Assembly: GCA_965203805.1 (NCBI GenBank)
Contig: OZ241917.1
Coordinates: forward strand, 4,480,001-4,544,000
DNA: 64,000 nucleotides
Direction of reading: 5' to 3'
Origin: Candidatus Latescibacterota bacterium
Lineage (GTDB): Bacteria > Latescibacterota > UBA2968 > GCA-2709665
Positions 38,875 through 48,772 of the stretch are shown here, one piece after another; positions within the stretch are counted from its first letter, which is position 1; each line of letters begins with the position of its first letter. A program made the translations under genes and the position numbers. Under the pieces are notes generated by a model. The model made no database searches and had not been told where the DNA came from. It worked only from the letters and a program-made list of their open reading frames with translations.

Positions 38875-39579
38875 TTGACTATGGCCCTGGAAGTACCGAT
38901 GAGGTTCGCCCGCGGCTTCTCGCCCGGTAGACTTCTGCGCGTTCTGTATTCTCCCAAGAGAGCCTTTACCGAAGCCCGCAGCCACCCCACGCAATTGGAT
39001 TGGATCGTCCCTGCCGCCGGCTTTTGGTGCATCGGGATCATTGCCGTGGTTGCGGTGCCTGCCGCAATTGTGATGGCCACTCCCGACTCTGGCGTCGGCG
39101 TCGACGATCTGATCGCGGCATTGAAGACGATGGGCGAGTTTCTGGCGCAACTTCTAATAACTGCAACGACGTTTGTCTTTTCGACCGTGGTTTCCATTTC
39201 TATTAAAGTGGTCTACCTGCTGGTCGTCTTCAATGTTTTCTTAGGCCGGGATATCCGATTCAAATGCGCATTGATCGTCCTTGGATACACGATGGTCCTT
39301 GATAGCCTTGAAATCGTCTCCATCGCAGTTGCTATGGTGATTGACAGCACATTTACACCCGATACCACGTTGAGCCCACTGATTCCCGATCATTGGAAGC
39401 ACACGGCGGCGGGATCCATCCTGGCAGCTGCGGATCTGAAGGACCTCTGGCAGAGCTTTCTGTTCGAAACTGGAACGACCGTTATGGCCGGCGAGCAAAA
39501 CAGACGGTGGGTTGTGGTTGTCGCACTGTGGGCCATTTGGACCGCCGCCAGAGCGTATGATCTCGAATTGACCTTCTGA
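38875..39579 (+). CDS. YIP1 family membrane protein
   Basis: VLYSPKRAF followed by about 5 TM segments. Confidence 0.65.
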   Translation: MTMALEVPMRFARGFSPGRLLRVLYSPKRAFTEARSHPTQLDWIVPAAGFWCIGIIAVVAVPAAIVMATPDSGVGVDDLIAALKTMGEFLAQLLITATTFVFSTVVSISIKVVYLLVVFNVFLGRDIRFKCALIVLGYTMVLDSLEIVSIAVAMVIDSTFTPDTTLSPLIPDHWKHTAAGSILAAADLKDLWQSFLFETGTTVMAGEQNRRWVVVVALWAIWTAARAYDLELTF

Positions 39580-39731
39580 GAAGCGCTAGAAGAATTGTCT
39601 GAACCATAGGCCGTTGGTATCCACGTATTGGCACGACCATCGCATTTTCGCGTAACGCGCCCGACTCGACTGTCGAGTCCGGATCGGACAAGAACTGCGC
39701 CATCGCATTTCACGGCACGTACGGAGCCAGG

Positions 39732-40022
39732 ATGAAGTCAACCACACGCTGGACACTCAGGGCGGTAATATTCATCCTTCTGGCCATGCTTATTCTGCCC
39801 GTCGATATTCCTTACTTTCGGCTGGAATCAACAGTTACGATACGTAAGCGTCAGCCGCCCCTGACGCGCCACGTCCAGGTTGCTAAGGACTCGGTCATTA
39901 CCACTTTACAATTCGGGGATGACTCGATTGCGTACTTTACGACCCGGATGGCGGCGCCGATCGAGCGGCCGCCACTTGTGGATGATGCGGGCGGACCAAC
40001 ATCGGATTCCGAACCTCCTTGA
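39732..40022 (+). CDS. Hypothetical membrane-anchored protein
   Basis: GGAG RBS and an N-terminal hydrophobic helix. Confidence 0.5.
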   Translation: MKSTTRWTLRAVIFILLAMLILPVDIPYFRLESTVTIRKRQPPLTRHVQVAKDSVITTLQFGDDSIAYFTTRMAAPIERPPLVDDAGGPTSDSEPP

Positions 40023-40117
40023 GGTGTTAGATTAAGGTTCAGGAAACCCGCCGTGGCCGTCGGGAAGGGTGCGGCGCTGGCGGATCATCGACTCGAAATC
40101 CAACATGGGAGTGCATA

Positions 40118-41119
40118 ATGTCGAAGAAGCGAATTGCCGTTGTCGGCGCTGGAAACATGGCCCGGGTACGCGGCCATGCGTTTCTGGAAACCGGCCGCGC
40201 GGAAATCTGCGGCGTAGCGGCGCGACGGCGGGAGACGGCCGAACGCTGCGCGGCGGAATTGAGGTGCGCGGTTTTCTTCGAAGACTACCGGCTGTTGGCC
40301 GAATCGCGCCCTGACGCGGTCCTGATCGAGGTCCCGCATCGCGTTCAGGACGAGGTCTCTCTGTGGGCGCTGGATGCCGGCTGCGACCTCCTCATCGGCG
40401 GTTGTCTCGCGTCATCTTTGGAGAACGGGAAGCGGATTGTGGAAATGGCGGACCGGTGGGGACGGATCGTGGAGGCCGGGTTTCAGCGCCGGTACGATCG
40501 GGCCTGGGAAGAGATCCGACGCATGGTGGCGGGTGGCGAACTCGGCGCGCCTGTGATGGCGGTGACCATGGCCCTGTGGAACGCGGATCCGGGCGCATGG
40601 TACTACGATCAGGAGGAGAGCGGGGGCATGCCGCTGACCCACATGAGCTATTGCTATCTGAATGCGGTTCGCTGGATTCTCGGAAGGCCGACCACCGTGT
40701 CCTCGATGGCCAATCGGATGCGGAATACCTCGCCCGTTCACGTTACGGAAGAGACCTGTGGGGCACTGATCGGGTTCGAAAACGGCGCCTTCGCTTCGGC
40801 CACGGCCAGCTATATCGGGCCGGATGGCATGCCCGATCCGCAGCCGCGATTTGTCTGCTCGGAGGGCGGTGTCATGCCCAATGCGGACAGCCCGCCCGGC
40901 AAGGATTCCATCACTGTCTACAGGGAGGGCCGCTCCGAGATCCGGGAATTCGAGAATGCGCCGTCGTTGATGGTCCGGCAGGTGCACGCCTTTCTGGATG
41001 CCATCGAGAACCGCCGCGAGGCCCGTAATCCTCCGGAAGACGCCCTGCTCGACGTCGCAATCGCCGAAGCCGTCGCAATCTCGGCCAGGGAACACAGGAC
41101 GGTTTCGCTGGCGGAGTAA
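40118..41119 (+). CDS. Gfo/Idh/MocA family oxidoreductase
   Basis: IAVVGAGNMA and GFQRRYD; the usual EKP motif is replaced by GGC. Confidence 0.85.
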   Translation: MSKKRIAVVGAGNMARVRGHAFLETGRAEICGVAARRRETAERCAAELRCAVFFEDYRLLAESRPDAVLIEVPHRVQDEVSLWALDAGCDLLIGGCLASSLENGKRIVEMADRWGRIVEAGFQRRYDRAWEEIRRMVAGGELGAPVMAVTMALWNADPGAWYYDQEESGGMPLTHMSYCYLNAVRWILGRPTTVSSMANRMRNTSPVHVTEETCGALIGFENGAFASATASYIGPDGMPDPQPRFVCSEGGVMPNADSPPGKDSITVYREGRSEIREFENAPSLMVRQVHAFLDAIENRREARNPPEDALLDVAIAEAVAISAREHRTVSLAE

Positions 41120-41301
41120 CAACAGCGATCATCCATCAGTTTTCAGCAGTCAGAATGAAGCGAAAATCAGCTCACACGGAGACACAAAGGGAAACAAACA
41201 GGCAATCAGCGTTCATCGTGAAGCAAGAACAAGGGACAAACAGCAAAAGGCAAACCCATCGACGTCAGCGCCTTGAAGTGGCAGGATCAGACCGGCGCAG
41301 A

Positions 41302-41408
41302 CCTCTCCCCCCAACCCCCTCTCCCGGGGGGAGAGGGGGAGAAAACCAGGACGCCGAGAGAGGTTCACAGTTCCCCCCTTCCCCTCGGGAAGGGGGATAG
41401 GGGGTAGG
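41302..41408. repeat. CCCTCTCCC/GGGAGAGGG palindromic repeat doublet, copy 2
   Basis: Same core as 24713-24750 plus an inverted partner CCCCCCTTCCCCTCGGGAAGGGGGATAGGGGGTAGG. Confidence 0.8.
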
Positions 41409-41450
41409 TTGGTGGATGTGATGCGATCGGGAAAACTGTAAGAAAGTATC

Positions 41451-44285
41451 GTGATGATCAGGGACTACTATAGAACACCGATCCCGTTGCGATGTCTGTT
41501 CGTCGCAATGCTTTTCATTGTCGTCTCAACAAACGCCGAGGAGATCCATGCCATGAAGACCGAAGAAGGTGCCAGCGCTCCTGCCGCATCCCGTATTTTT
41601 GCATTAAGCGGTCAGGTCGTCCTGCAGGCGGAGGACGCCGTCATCGACCCCGGCCGGGTGGAAATCGTCACGCAAGGCTCGTTCGCCAGTGAGAAAGGCG
41701 TTGCGCTCAAGGCCGGTCTGGCCACGAACGCGGGTTCGCCTGGGGCCGAACCGGATCTCGTATTCAAGGTGCGGGCCGCCAGGGCAGGGCGGTACGTGAT
41801 TCGCACGCACGCGGCCACGGACGCCCGGGGAGGTGAGGCGATGCGCAAGGCGGGGAGCAAGTTCGATTCGCTGTTCCTGACGATCGCCGTGGGCGACGGC
41901 CGTCCCACCCGGCGCGTGGTATTCGTGCCGTGGAGCCGACCGGAAAGCTGTACGCAGAGTACCGGAAAGTTCGATCTCAACGGACAGGAGCAGGAGATCC
42001 GCATCTGGCTGCCGGAGGGCGTGCGCCTCGATTACGTGGAGGTCGGCCCGTACACGCCGCCGGAAGTCCCATCGACGGCGACCGACTATCAGCCGTCCGT
42101 CGTTCCGCCGGCATCACGTCCGCGGATCTGGGTGAACGAGCAGTCGCTGCCGGGGGTTCGGGATAACCTGACGAAGGGTGAAAACGCGCCGCTTTGGGAT
42201 CAGGTCAGGGAAACGGCGGCCGAACCCTTCGAATTCAAGATTGGACCGGGTACGGAAGTCAGCTATAACGCGAAACTTGAAAAAGCGGCCGTCGCCAGGG
42301 CATTCGTCTACCTGATGACGGGTGAAGAGACGCCCGGCCGGGAAGCGGTGGCGCTGGTTCGCGACTATCTTGCCGCCGTGGAATTTGGAAACTTGCTGGA
42401 CATTACCCGGGAAATCGGCCGGGCCATCTACTCGGCCGCACTGGTTTACGACTGGTGCTATGCGCTGATGACATCCCGCGACCGGGAAAGCATCCGCGGC
42501 GACCTCATGCGTCTGGCCGACGACATGGAAATTGGCTGGCCGCCGTTCAAGCAGATCATCGTCAACGGCCACGGCAATGAGGCGCAGGTCAACCGCGACC
42601 TGCTCTGCATGGCCATCGCGATCTACGACGAAGATCCGGTACCCTACCAATACTGCGCCTACCGCATCCTGGAAGAACTGGCGCCCATGCGCCGGTTCGA
42701 ATACCAGTCCCCGCGCCACAACCAGGGCGTCAGTTACGGCCCGTACCGGTTCGCCTGGGACATGCACGCCGCCTGGCTCTTCTACCGCATGTCCGGCAAG
42801 CGGGTCTTCGACGACAACATCTCGGACGTTTGCAAGTTCTGGCTCTACATGCGCTTGCCGAACGGAGAGACCTTCCGGGACGGCGACGGATTTTCCGACG
42901 GCAGGCCCGCAAGCCTCGGAGCCACGGCACTGCTCAGCTACGCCTACAGCAACGATCCCGTCCTCAAGCGCGACTTCGAGCGGCAGGGCGGCCTGCCCTC
43001 CGACCCGATCCAGGTGCTGCTGCTGAACGACCCGAACCTGCAGGCGGCGGCAAATTTCGATTCATTGCCGCGGACCCTGGATTTCGGACCGATCATGGGT
43101 TCCATGGTTGCCCGGACCGGCTGGAACATGGGCCCGGGCGTGTCCGACGTGGTCGTGGAAATGAAGGGCGGGGGTTATCACTTCGGCAATCACCAGCATG
43201 CTGACGCGGGGAGTTTCCAGATCTACTACCGGGGGCTGCAGGCGGCGGACCTCGGGCAGTACCATTTCTATGGCACGCCCTACGACTTCAATTTCTGCAA
43301 ACGTTCGATTTCGCACAGCATGATGCTGGCGGTGGATCCGAATGAGACCTTCCTTCGCAATACGGCCAACGACGGAGGGGCCCGGTTCATTCAATCCTGC
43401 CCCACCACGCCGGAGCAGGCCCGTACGGATCCGACATTCGCCAACGGGGAGGTCCTGTCTGCCGATTTCGGCCCGTCGCCGCAGCGGCCGTTCTACAGCT
43501 ACTTCTCGGTGGACCTGACATCGGCGTACAGCGAGAAGATCGAGGGCTACGTCCGGACATTCTGCTTCCTGAACCTGGACAACGCGCAGACGCCCGCGGC
43601 GCTGATCGTGCTGGACAACATGACCACCGCCAGACCTGAGTTCAGGAAATACTGGCAGGTCAACACCCTCAACCCGCCTGAAGCCACGGCCGACGGCGTC
43701 ATTCTGAGCAACGGAAGCGACGACGTAACCGGCAAGGTTGTTCTCCGAATGCTGCGGCCGGAGGCGGGTGAGCGGAACCTGCAGGTCCTGAGCGGCAAGG
43801 ACGCAAACAGCGTGTTCGGACAGTTCTTCACACCGCCGAAACCGGATCGCCCGGAGGCGAACGGCCATCGTGTGATGTTCTCCCCAGCCAACGAGCAGGA
43901 AAACGACGTGTTTCTGACGGTGATGTCGATGTCCGGCGACCACGCGCCCGATCTGCCGGTCGATCTCGTGGAACTCCCGGAGGCATTTGTCGTCACCCTG
44001 GCCGACCGGGTGGTGGTCCTGGGCAGGACAGGCAAGCTCCTCACGCAGGCGCTGAGGGTAAACGTCGGGACCGATGTGAACTGCCAGTTGCTGCTGGCCG
44101 GTCTGGCGCCGGGCGTATGGAGTATCCGCGACGGAGACGGCAGGGTTCAGTTCAACTCGCGTGTCGACGCAAACAGAAACACCGCCTTTTTCGTGGTTCC
44201 GGGCGGGGCATATACGGTTCGGCCCGAAGCCATCCCCGGCGCACCCGAGTTCCACGCCGCATCGGATTTCATGCCCGCCCGTTGA
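41451..44285 (+). CDS. Heparinase II-like (PL21-type) polysaccharide lyase
   Basis: GHGNEAQVNRDLLCMAIAIYDE, HNQGVSYGPYRF and GNHQHADAGSFQIYYRG resemble heparinase II; N-terminal signal-like segment. Confidence 0.8.
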   Translation: MMIRDYYRTPIPLRCLFVAMLFIVVSTNAEEIHAMKTEEGASAPAASRIFALSGQVVLQAEDAVIDPGRVEIVTQGSFASEKGVALKAGLATNAGSPGAEPDLVFKVRAARAGRYVIRTHAATDARGGEAMRKAGSKFDSLFLTIAVGDGRPTRRVVFVPWSRPESCTQSTGKFDLNGQEQEIRIWLPEGVRLDYVEVGPYTPPEVPSTATDYQPSVVPPASRPRIWVNEQSLPGVRDNLTKGENAPLWDQVRETAAEPFEFKIGPGTEVSYNAKLEKAAVARAFVYLMTGEETPGREAVALVRDYLAAVEFGNLLDITREIGRAIYSAALVYDWCYALMTSRDRESIRGDLMRLADDMEIGWPPFKQIIVNGHGNEAQVNRDLLCMAIAIYDEDPVPYQYCAYRILEELAPMRRFEYQSPRHNQGVSYGPYRFAWDMHAAWLFYRMSGKRVFDDNISDVCKFWLYMRLPNGETFRDGDGFSDGRPASLGATALLSYAYSNDPVLKRDFERQGGLPSDPIQVLLLNDPNLQAAANFDSLPRTLDFGPIMGSMVARTGWNMGPGVSDVVVEMKGGGYHFGNHQHADAGSFQIYYRGLQAADLGQYHFYGTPYDFNFCKRSISHSMMLAVDPNETFLRNTANDGGARFIQSCPTTPEQARTDPTFANGEVLSADFGPSPQRPFYSYFSVDLTSAYSEKIEGYVRTFCFLNLDNAQTPAALIVLDNMTTARPEFRKYWQVNTLNPPEATADGVILSNGSDDVTGKVVLRMLRPEAGERNLQVLSGKDANSVFGQFFTPPKPDRPEANGHRVMFSPANEQENDVFLTVMSMSGDHAPDLPVDLVELPEAFVVTLADRVVVLGRTGKLLTQALRVNVGTDVNCQLLLAGLAPGVWSIRDGDGRVQFNSRVDANRNTAFFVVPGGAYTVRPEAIPGAPEFHAASDFMPAR

Positions 44286-44519
44286 CGGGCGGCGGGCTGA
44301 GAGCAAGTGTGAAGGTGATATGCAGGGGTCTACGGATCTGAGTGCCAAAGAGCATCGCCGCGGAAGAGCAAATCCACCCGAGGATTCACTATCGGATCCC
44401 GAAAATGCCGCAGCCGGTTCCATCTTTACCAGGGAACAGAAGACGGTGTAACTGGCAGGTATTAAATGAAGGGAAGGGAAATGAAACGGCGGGACAGAAG
44501 GGTCATTTCGGTGGCCCGC

Positions 44520-44690
44520 GCTATAGGCAATGACTCTAAAATTCGGAAGCTGGCGGTAGATAACATATACCCCAGAACAACATCGAGGATCATAGTAATC
44601 CATATTATTTTCAAAATTCATTAAATCTTGAGTGAATATATACCAATTTAATGATAAAAATTTCATTAGAGTTCCCAATTTCTTAAACAA
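44520..44690 (-). pseudogene. Truncated GIY-YIG-like gene at the islet edge
   Basis: AT-rich codons read SGVYVIYRQLPNFRVIAYSAG, then run into GC-rich host DNA. Confidence 0.4.
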
Positions 44691-44731
44691 TTAATAGCTC
44701 AACTCTATAAATAAATTAACCTAAGACAAAT

Positions 44732-44770
44732 AAAAAACCCTGAGCCAGAAACCAATGGTCCAGGGATTCT
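44732..44770 (-). terminator. Intrinsic terminator after the Abi-alpha-like gene
   Basis: Minus strand CCCTGGACCA...TGGCTCAGGG-TTTTTT. Confidence 0.6.
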
Positions 44771-44791
44771 TATGTGAAATTGCTCTAATGT

Positions 44792-45616
44792 CTAATCAGA
44801 AACTGATGGTAGTGAGGAAACCGCAACAGCATTAGAAATAAGATCAGGTAGAGTATTAGTGTCTATTTTCAATTCATCAGATAACATATACCCATAGGAT
44901 TTATTACTATATCCAAATGCCCATAAAAATAATTCGATACCCAGCGGTGAAGGAGTGACTATGGTGCCAGCAACTGGAAAAATTCTATTATATTGCTCTT
45001 GTAAAAAATCAGGAGGTCCAGTCGCCCAACCCATTTCGATAAGAGCTGTCGAACTTAACCCAAACCAAACATGTTTAGAAATTTGAGGATTTTTAATCTC
45101 TGCAATAGAAAACTCCATTGCGGCATTATATTCAGTCAAGGGTAAGTAAAGTTTCAATTGGTGACGATCTTTCGAAGTACCCAAATCCACAGATGAATTA
45201 GCAAAGACCCTAGATAAAGTAGCATATATAAGATAATGAGTTCTAATCTGATACGTCGAGAGACTATTCACAATTTTAGCCAACGAAGCACCACGATCAT
45301 CTCTTCCAGTTTTAGTTCTTGCAGAAGCCAATATTCCACCTAGATATTCCAAAACTATTGAATCTTCATTATAAGAACCTTCCTCAATTATAGTCCGCAA
45401 TACTCTTGGCGGTATTTGTCCTTCTTCATTAAGCCGATCTCCCATTTTTCTAATTGCATTACCAACCATACTTCCAACATTATTCATACGACGTTTAACC
45501 AGATCACGCATACCCTCACCTAAATAATCCGCTGTAGGCCCAAATAATCTCTTAATTGCATCCTTACTTACATGTGACGCTCCTGCAATTAATGCAATAG
45601 TTATTGGATCAGACAT
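44792..45616 (-). CDS. Abi-alpha/DUF4393-like protein (AT-rich)
   Basis: LFGPTADYLGE...IPPRVLRTIIEEGSYNED...YLGGILASA and a C-terminal SPLGIELF winged-helix-like end. Confidence 0.6.
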   Translation of the reverse strand: MSDPITIALIAGASHVSKDAIKRLFGPTADYLGEGMRDLVKRRMNNVGSMVGNAIRKMGDRLNEEGQIPPRVLRTIIEEGSYNEDSIVLEYLGGILASARTKTGRDDRGASLAKIVNSLSTYQIRTHYLIYATLSRVFANSSVDLGTSKDRHQLKLYLPLTEYNAAMEFSIAEIKNPQISKHVWFGLSSTALIEMGWATGPPDFLQEQYNRIFPVAGTIVTPSPLGIELFLWAFGYSNKSYGYMLSDELKIDTNTLPDLISNAVAVSSLPSVSD

Positions 45617-45696
45617 AAACGTAACCTCTCTATTTAGTAATCATTTCGAATTCTCTATCATAAATCGTGCTTACAATCCTAGAACTCAATTATAAA

Positions 45697-45951
45697 TCAC
45701 TCACACACCCTCAAAAACGTATTCCGGATCTCTTGTATCTTCCCGCGAGCTACAAGTTGCGAGGAAAAGGAGCGTTGCCCCAATTCTACAGAGTTTTCAC
45801 GAATACGCTTTGCAACCCGGGTACGAATCTCCGGCGACAACGTATGAAGAATATCCATCATAGTTAAAGTCAACGCCACCGCCAATTCCTCTACCGTCCC
45901 ATCTATAGAACCATAATCCTTGATCTTCTGCTTTCGCCGACGTCCGAACAT
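45697..45951 (-). CDS. Small hypothetical protein
   Basis: GGGGAG RBS; ~84-aa ORF in the AT-rich islet. Confidence 0.5.
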   Translation of the reverse strand: MFGRRRKQKIKDYGSIDGTVEELAVALTLTMMDILHTLSPEIRTRVAKRIRENSVELGQRSFSSQLVARGKIQEIRNTFLRVCE

Positions 45952-46020
45952 AAACAAGTCTCCCCGCGTTGATGATGATTGGTAGCGTCATCAATTTAGG
46001 GAGGCACTAAGACGTCAACC

Positions 46021-46066
46021 AAAAATCCCCCTGGGCCTCTCTCTCCAATAGCCCAGGGGGATTCTC
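46021..46066 (-). terminator. Intrinsic terminator
   Basis: Minus strand ATCCCCCTGGGC...GCCCAGGGGGAT-TTTT. Confidence 0.65.
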
Positions 46067-46107
46067 GCGCTCGATGCAGGGAGGGACACCTAACGCGCGA
46101 GTAGGGA

Positions 46108-46344
46108 TCAGGAATAAAACCGATGCACTGTCTTCGGTATCCCGTGTTCCTTACGGCAGTTCAAACAAGCGCGTTTATCACACAGCATACCGGGCCGATC
46201 CGGTTTGTAGCAACCGTCCCGGCATTTGAAGAAGACCTGGGCTTTCTTGTCACTGTAGCTGGTGTCGATGCACAGGATGCGGAGCAGGTAGCGACAGCAG
46301 AACCATTTGAATGAGGGTTGGTGTACTAGTGGGAGAGCAGACAT
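46108..46344 (-). CDS. Small Cys-rich hypothetical protein
   Basis: GAAAGGGG RBS, 8 Cys in 78 aa, followed by a terminator. Confidence 0.5.
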   Translation of the reverse strand: MSALPLVHQPSFKWFCCRYLLRILCIDTSYSDKKAQVFFKCRDGCYKPDRPGMLCDKRACLNCRKEHGIPKTVHRFYS

Positions 46345-46370
46345 GTGAATCCCCTTTCAATGAAGATGGG

Positions 46371-46718
46371 TTATGGTGTCACGCCTCTCCGTCTGTACGC
46401 GTACGATATACCGTAATCGCCAACATACTTCTTATCAAATACGACCTCGATCACAGCCACCATCTCATCACTTATAGTTGTCAGTTGTCTTAATATATGC
46501 ATAAACTGTTCCTTATTCAACTCCTTTTCGAAATAATCAAAATTGCTCTGATGAATTCCATACTCTATTTGACGGAATCTCGCCCAGTCACATGAAAGCT
46601 CACTATCACAAAACAGCGAGGCAGGAATCTCCACTTGATCTTTCGGAAAGGCTTCGCTGCGACACCACCTGTATAATACCTCTCCGTTCGGAATTTCACT
46701 ACCGTGAGATGGAGGCAT
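46371..46718 (-). CDS. Hypothetical protein with an ART/RES-like N-terminus, possibly chimeric or disrupted
   Basis: EVLYRWC...LFCDSELSCDWARF, then an unrelated-looking AT-rich tail; overlaps the upstream gene. Confidence 0.4.
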   Translation of the reverse strand: MPPSHGSEIPNGEVLYRWCRSEAFPKDQVEIPASLFCDSELSCDWARFRQIEYGIHQSNFDYFEKELNKEQFMHILRQLTTISDEMVAVIEVVFDKKYVGDYGISYAYRRRGVTP

Positions 46719-47295
46719 ATTGCGAGGTTACCGTACCGATCATTTCGTTTTCCGATAAGTTGACTTCAAAATAACAGCCACGATATTGCACCTCTAGTTC
46801 TACACGATCATCATTCGATATCGTCACGTTGATTGCATTATCGTCATCCGCATGAAGTTCAACGAGTATTCCTCCGCTTGGGATGGGCCCCATAACTATC
46901 CTCGGAATAAGACTGATTTCCTCACTAATTACCTTTTTTCTGATGTATGAAAGCAATGCTTGTGAAAGGAAAATCGCAGAGGAGGATGGCTTGACACCAC
47001 CTCCCGAAACCCAGTTTGCCCCTAGATTCTGCAACCCCGCGAGATAGCTGAATCTGTTGGACACGAGAATAGCGAAATTTCGAATCCCAGTTTCCTTCCA
47101 GTCGTCTGACCGGCTGCTACAAGGATAATTTACGGAGCCAAAATCGGAAAAGACCGACGTGTCGGGGTTACCGAAATTATCGCCGAAATCCGAAACAGGA
47201 GTCGCCTCTGGTAAATCGAATACTTCCTCTTTGGCATCGCTGTACACTGACGGCGAATCCATAGCGCGAGAGACTTCGACTGTTTTTAGGTCCAT
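46699..47295 (-). CDS. Hypothetical protein (acidic low-complexity N-terminus; NW...P...GGILVE core)
   Basis: Overlaps the TIGR04255 gene and the downstream gene. Confidence 0.6.
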   Translation of the reverse strand: MDLKTVEVSRAMDSPSVYSDAKEEVFDLPEATPVSDFGDNFGNPDTSVFSDFGSVNYPCSSRSDDWKETGIRNFAILVSNRFSYLAGLQNLGANWVSGGGVKPSSSAIFLSQALLSYIRKKVISEEISLIPRIVMGPIPSGGILVELHADDDNAINVTISNDDRVELEVQYRGCYFEVNLSENEMIGTVTSQYASISR

Positions 47296-48047
47296 TGCTC
47301 GAGAATCTCCGGCCTAAAAATCCTGGTGAAATGATCGTACTGCACCTTGTGTGCAACGCTGAACCAGTCGTCCAACGATTGATGTGGATTGATACCGCGA
47401 AGGGTACTCTCAAGTTGAAGGACCTGTTTTCCCTCGGCAGCGGCCTGAGTTGCTGTGTTCACTGCAAAAATACCATATCCGCCTAATGGATCATAATTGT
47501 AAGTAAAGCGTGAGAATGAGTTGTTCAATCCCTCTGGAGTCACGATCTCTGGTGGTTTAAACCGCATGATCCTGTCGGCGTCACTCAGGCTGTCGATGTA
47601 CTCCTGCCACTCGAGACGATCGTGATAGCTGAGGTCGTAGTATTTAACTGAATCCGAGGTGATGTCTGGAGAATTGGTGCTCAGCGCACTAAGTACCTCT
47701 CCGAATCTGCGATATATGGCTGTGTAACCGGGGTAGTTGCCGACCGGTTCATGGTCCGGACGGATCCAGTTCAAGTAGAGCTTGTTCGCCTGAATTTGGC
47801 ACATCCATTTGCCGTCGTCGCTGCGCAGACGAATGAGGACAGCCCCTGTCCTCTCTTGATTCAATTCTTGGGTAATTTGGAATCCCGACATCCATTCGTC
47901 GGCAATGGGGGGACGGATCTCTACTCTCGGATATCTTTCAGACAAAGCGTGCTGGGCGTAAAACAACTGCCTTATGGATATGTGTTTCTCCAAAAAGGTC
48001 ACGCCAAAGATGACCTCGGATACTGGCGCCTTGGGGTATGTCTTCAT
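47286..48047 (-). CDS. TIGR04255 family protein
   Basis: YPKAPVSEVIFGVTF, SDDGKWMCQIQANKLYLNW, YPGY and LSYHDRL motifs. Confidence 0.8.
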   Translation of the reverse strand: MKTYPKAPVSEVIFGVTFLEKHISIRQLFYAQHALSERYPRVEIRPPIADEWMSGFQITQELNQERTGAVLIRLRSDDGKWMCQIQANKLYLNWIRPDHEPVGNYPGYTAIYRRFGEVLSALSTNSPDITSDSVKYYDLSYHDRLEWQEYIDSLSDADRIMRFKPPEIVTPEGLNNSFSRFTYNYDPLGGYGIFAVNTATQAAAEGKQVLQLESTLRGINPHQSLDDWFSVAHKVQYDHFTRIFRPEILEQWT

Positions 48048-48772
48048 TTTGTCTGAATGAGATGAAGATCGTGCGATGTCTGTCGCGTCGCCCGACGTGG
48101 ATCGCTTTGCGTTTCAGTTAAGCATATCGCTGAATTGCTAATACTCAAGATTGCTGTACTGCACAATAGTAGAGCTGAGGGTTAAATGCAAAGCGGGCGC
48201 TCAATCCCGCTCGAAGTAGCCGCGAGAGAAATCCGGCCCTTCATTGCGCCGTTAGTTCGTCGAGTGTGCCCTGGTGAACTCCATGGAGGACAATCCACCA
48301 AGAGTCAGACTCTCGGCGTAAACCGAATCGTTGCTCTTGCCAGGAACGTCCAAACCGACTACAGGCATGGTTGTCTGCGCGAGCGCAAATGGCGAATTCT
48401 TCTGCACCTACGCTTCCGACGCTGCCCGATAGGCGAAGGTTCCCCAAGTTTGGGTCTAATAAAGTCCCATCTGAGTGTCTCTGTCAAGGCAATTTGCGCA
48501 GACCAGGATCCCTCACGCTACCATATATACATTCGCCGAAATTTCAATTGGGCTCCCAATTAGGTCTGGTTGACGTTCGGCGCGTAACGGTGGCAACCCA
48601 TTGCTCGTCGCGGCCATTCATCGCGCACACCCTGGTAGATTCGTCACTGGATACCTTCCAGATGACATTCACAAGGCGCGCTCACCCGGGTTTTCCGCAC
48701 CTGCCCCGACCTCTCCAGATGGCGGCGGACTGAGTCCAGGGTGGTCAGGCCGACGATGACTCTCAGACGGTC

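Noticed and set aside
43062-44690. 542-aa minus-strand ORF
   Set aside because: Only the first ~55 AT-rich codons look genuine; the rest is antisense read-through over the heparinase gene.
48100-48760. Short ORFs between TIGR04255 and the ECF operon
   Set aside because: No recognisable motif or convincing RBS; may be decayed DNA.
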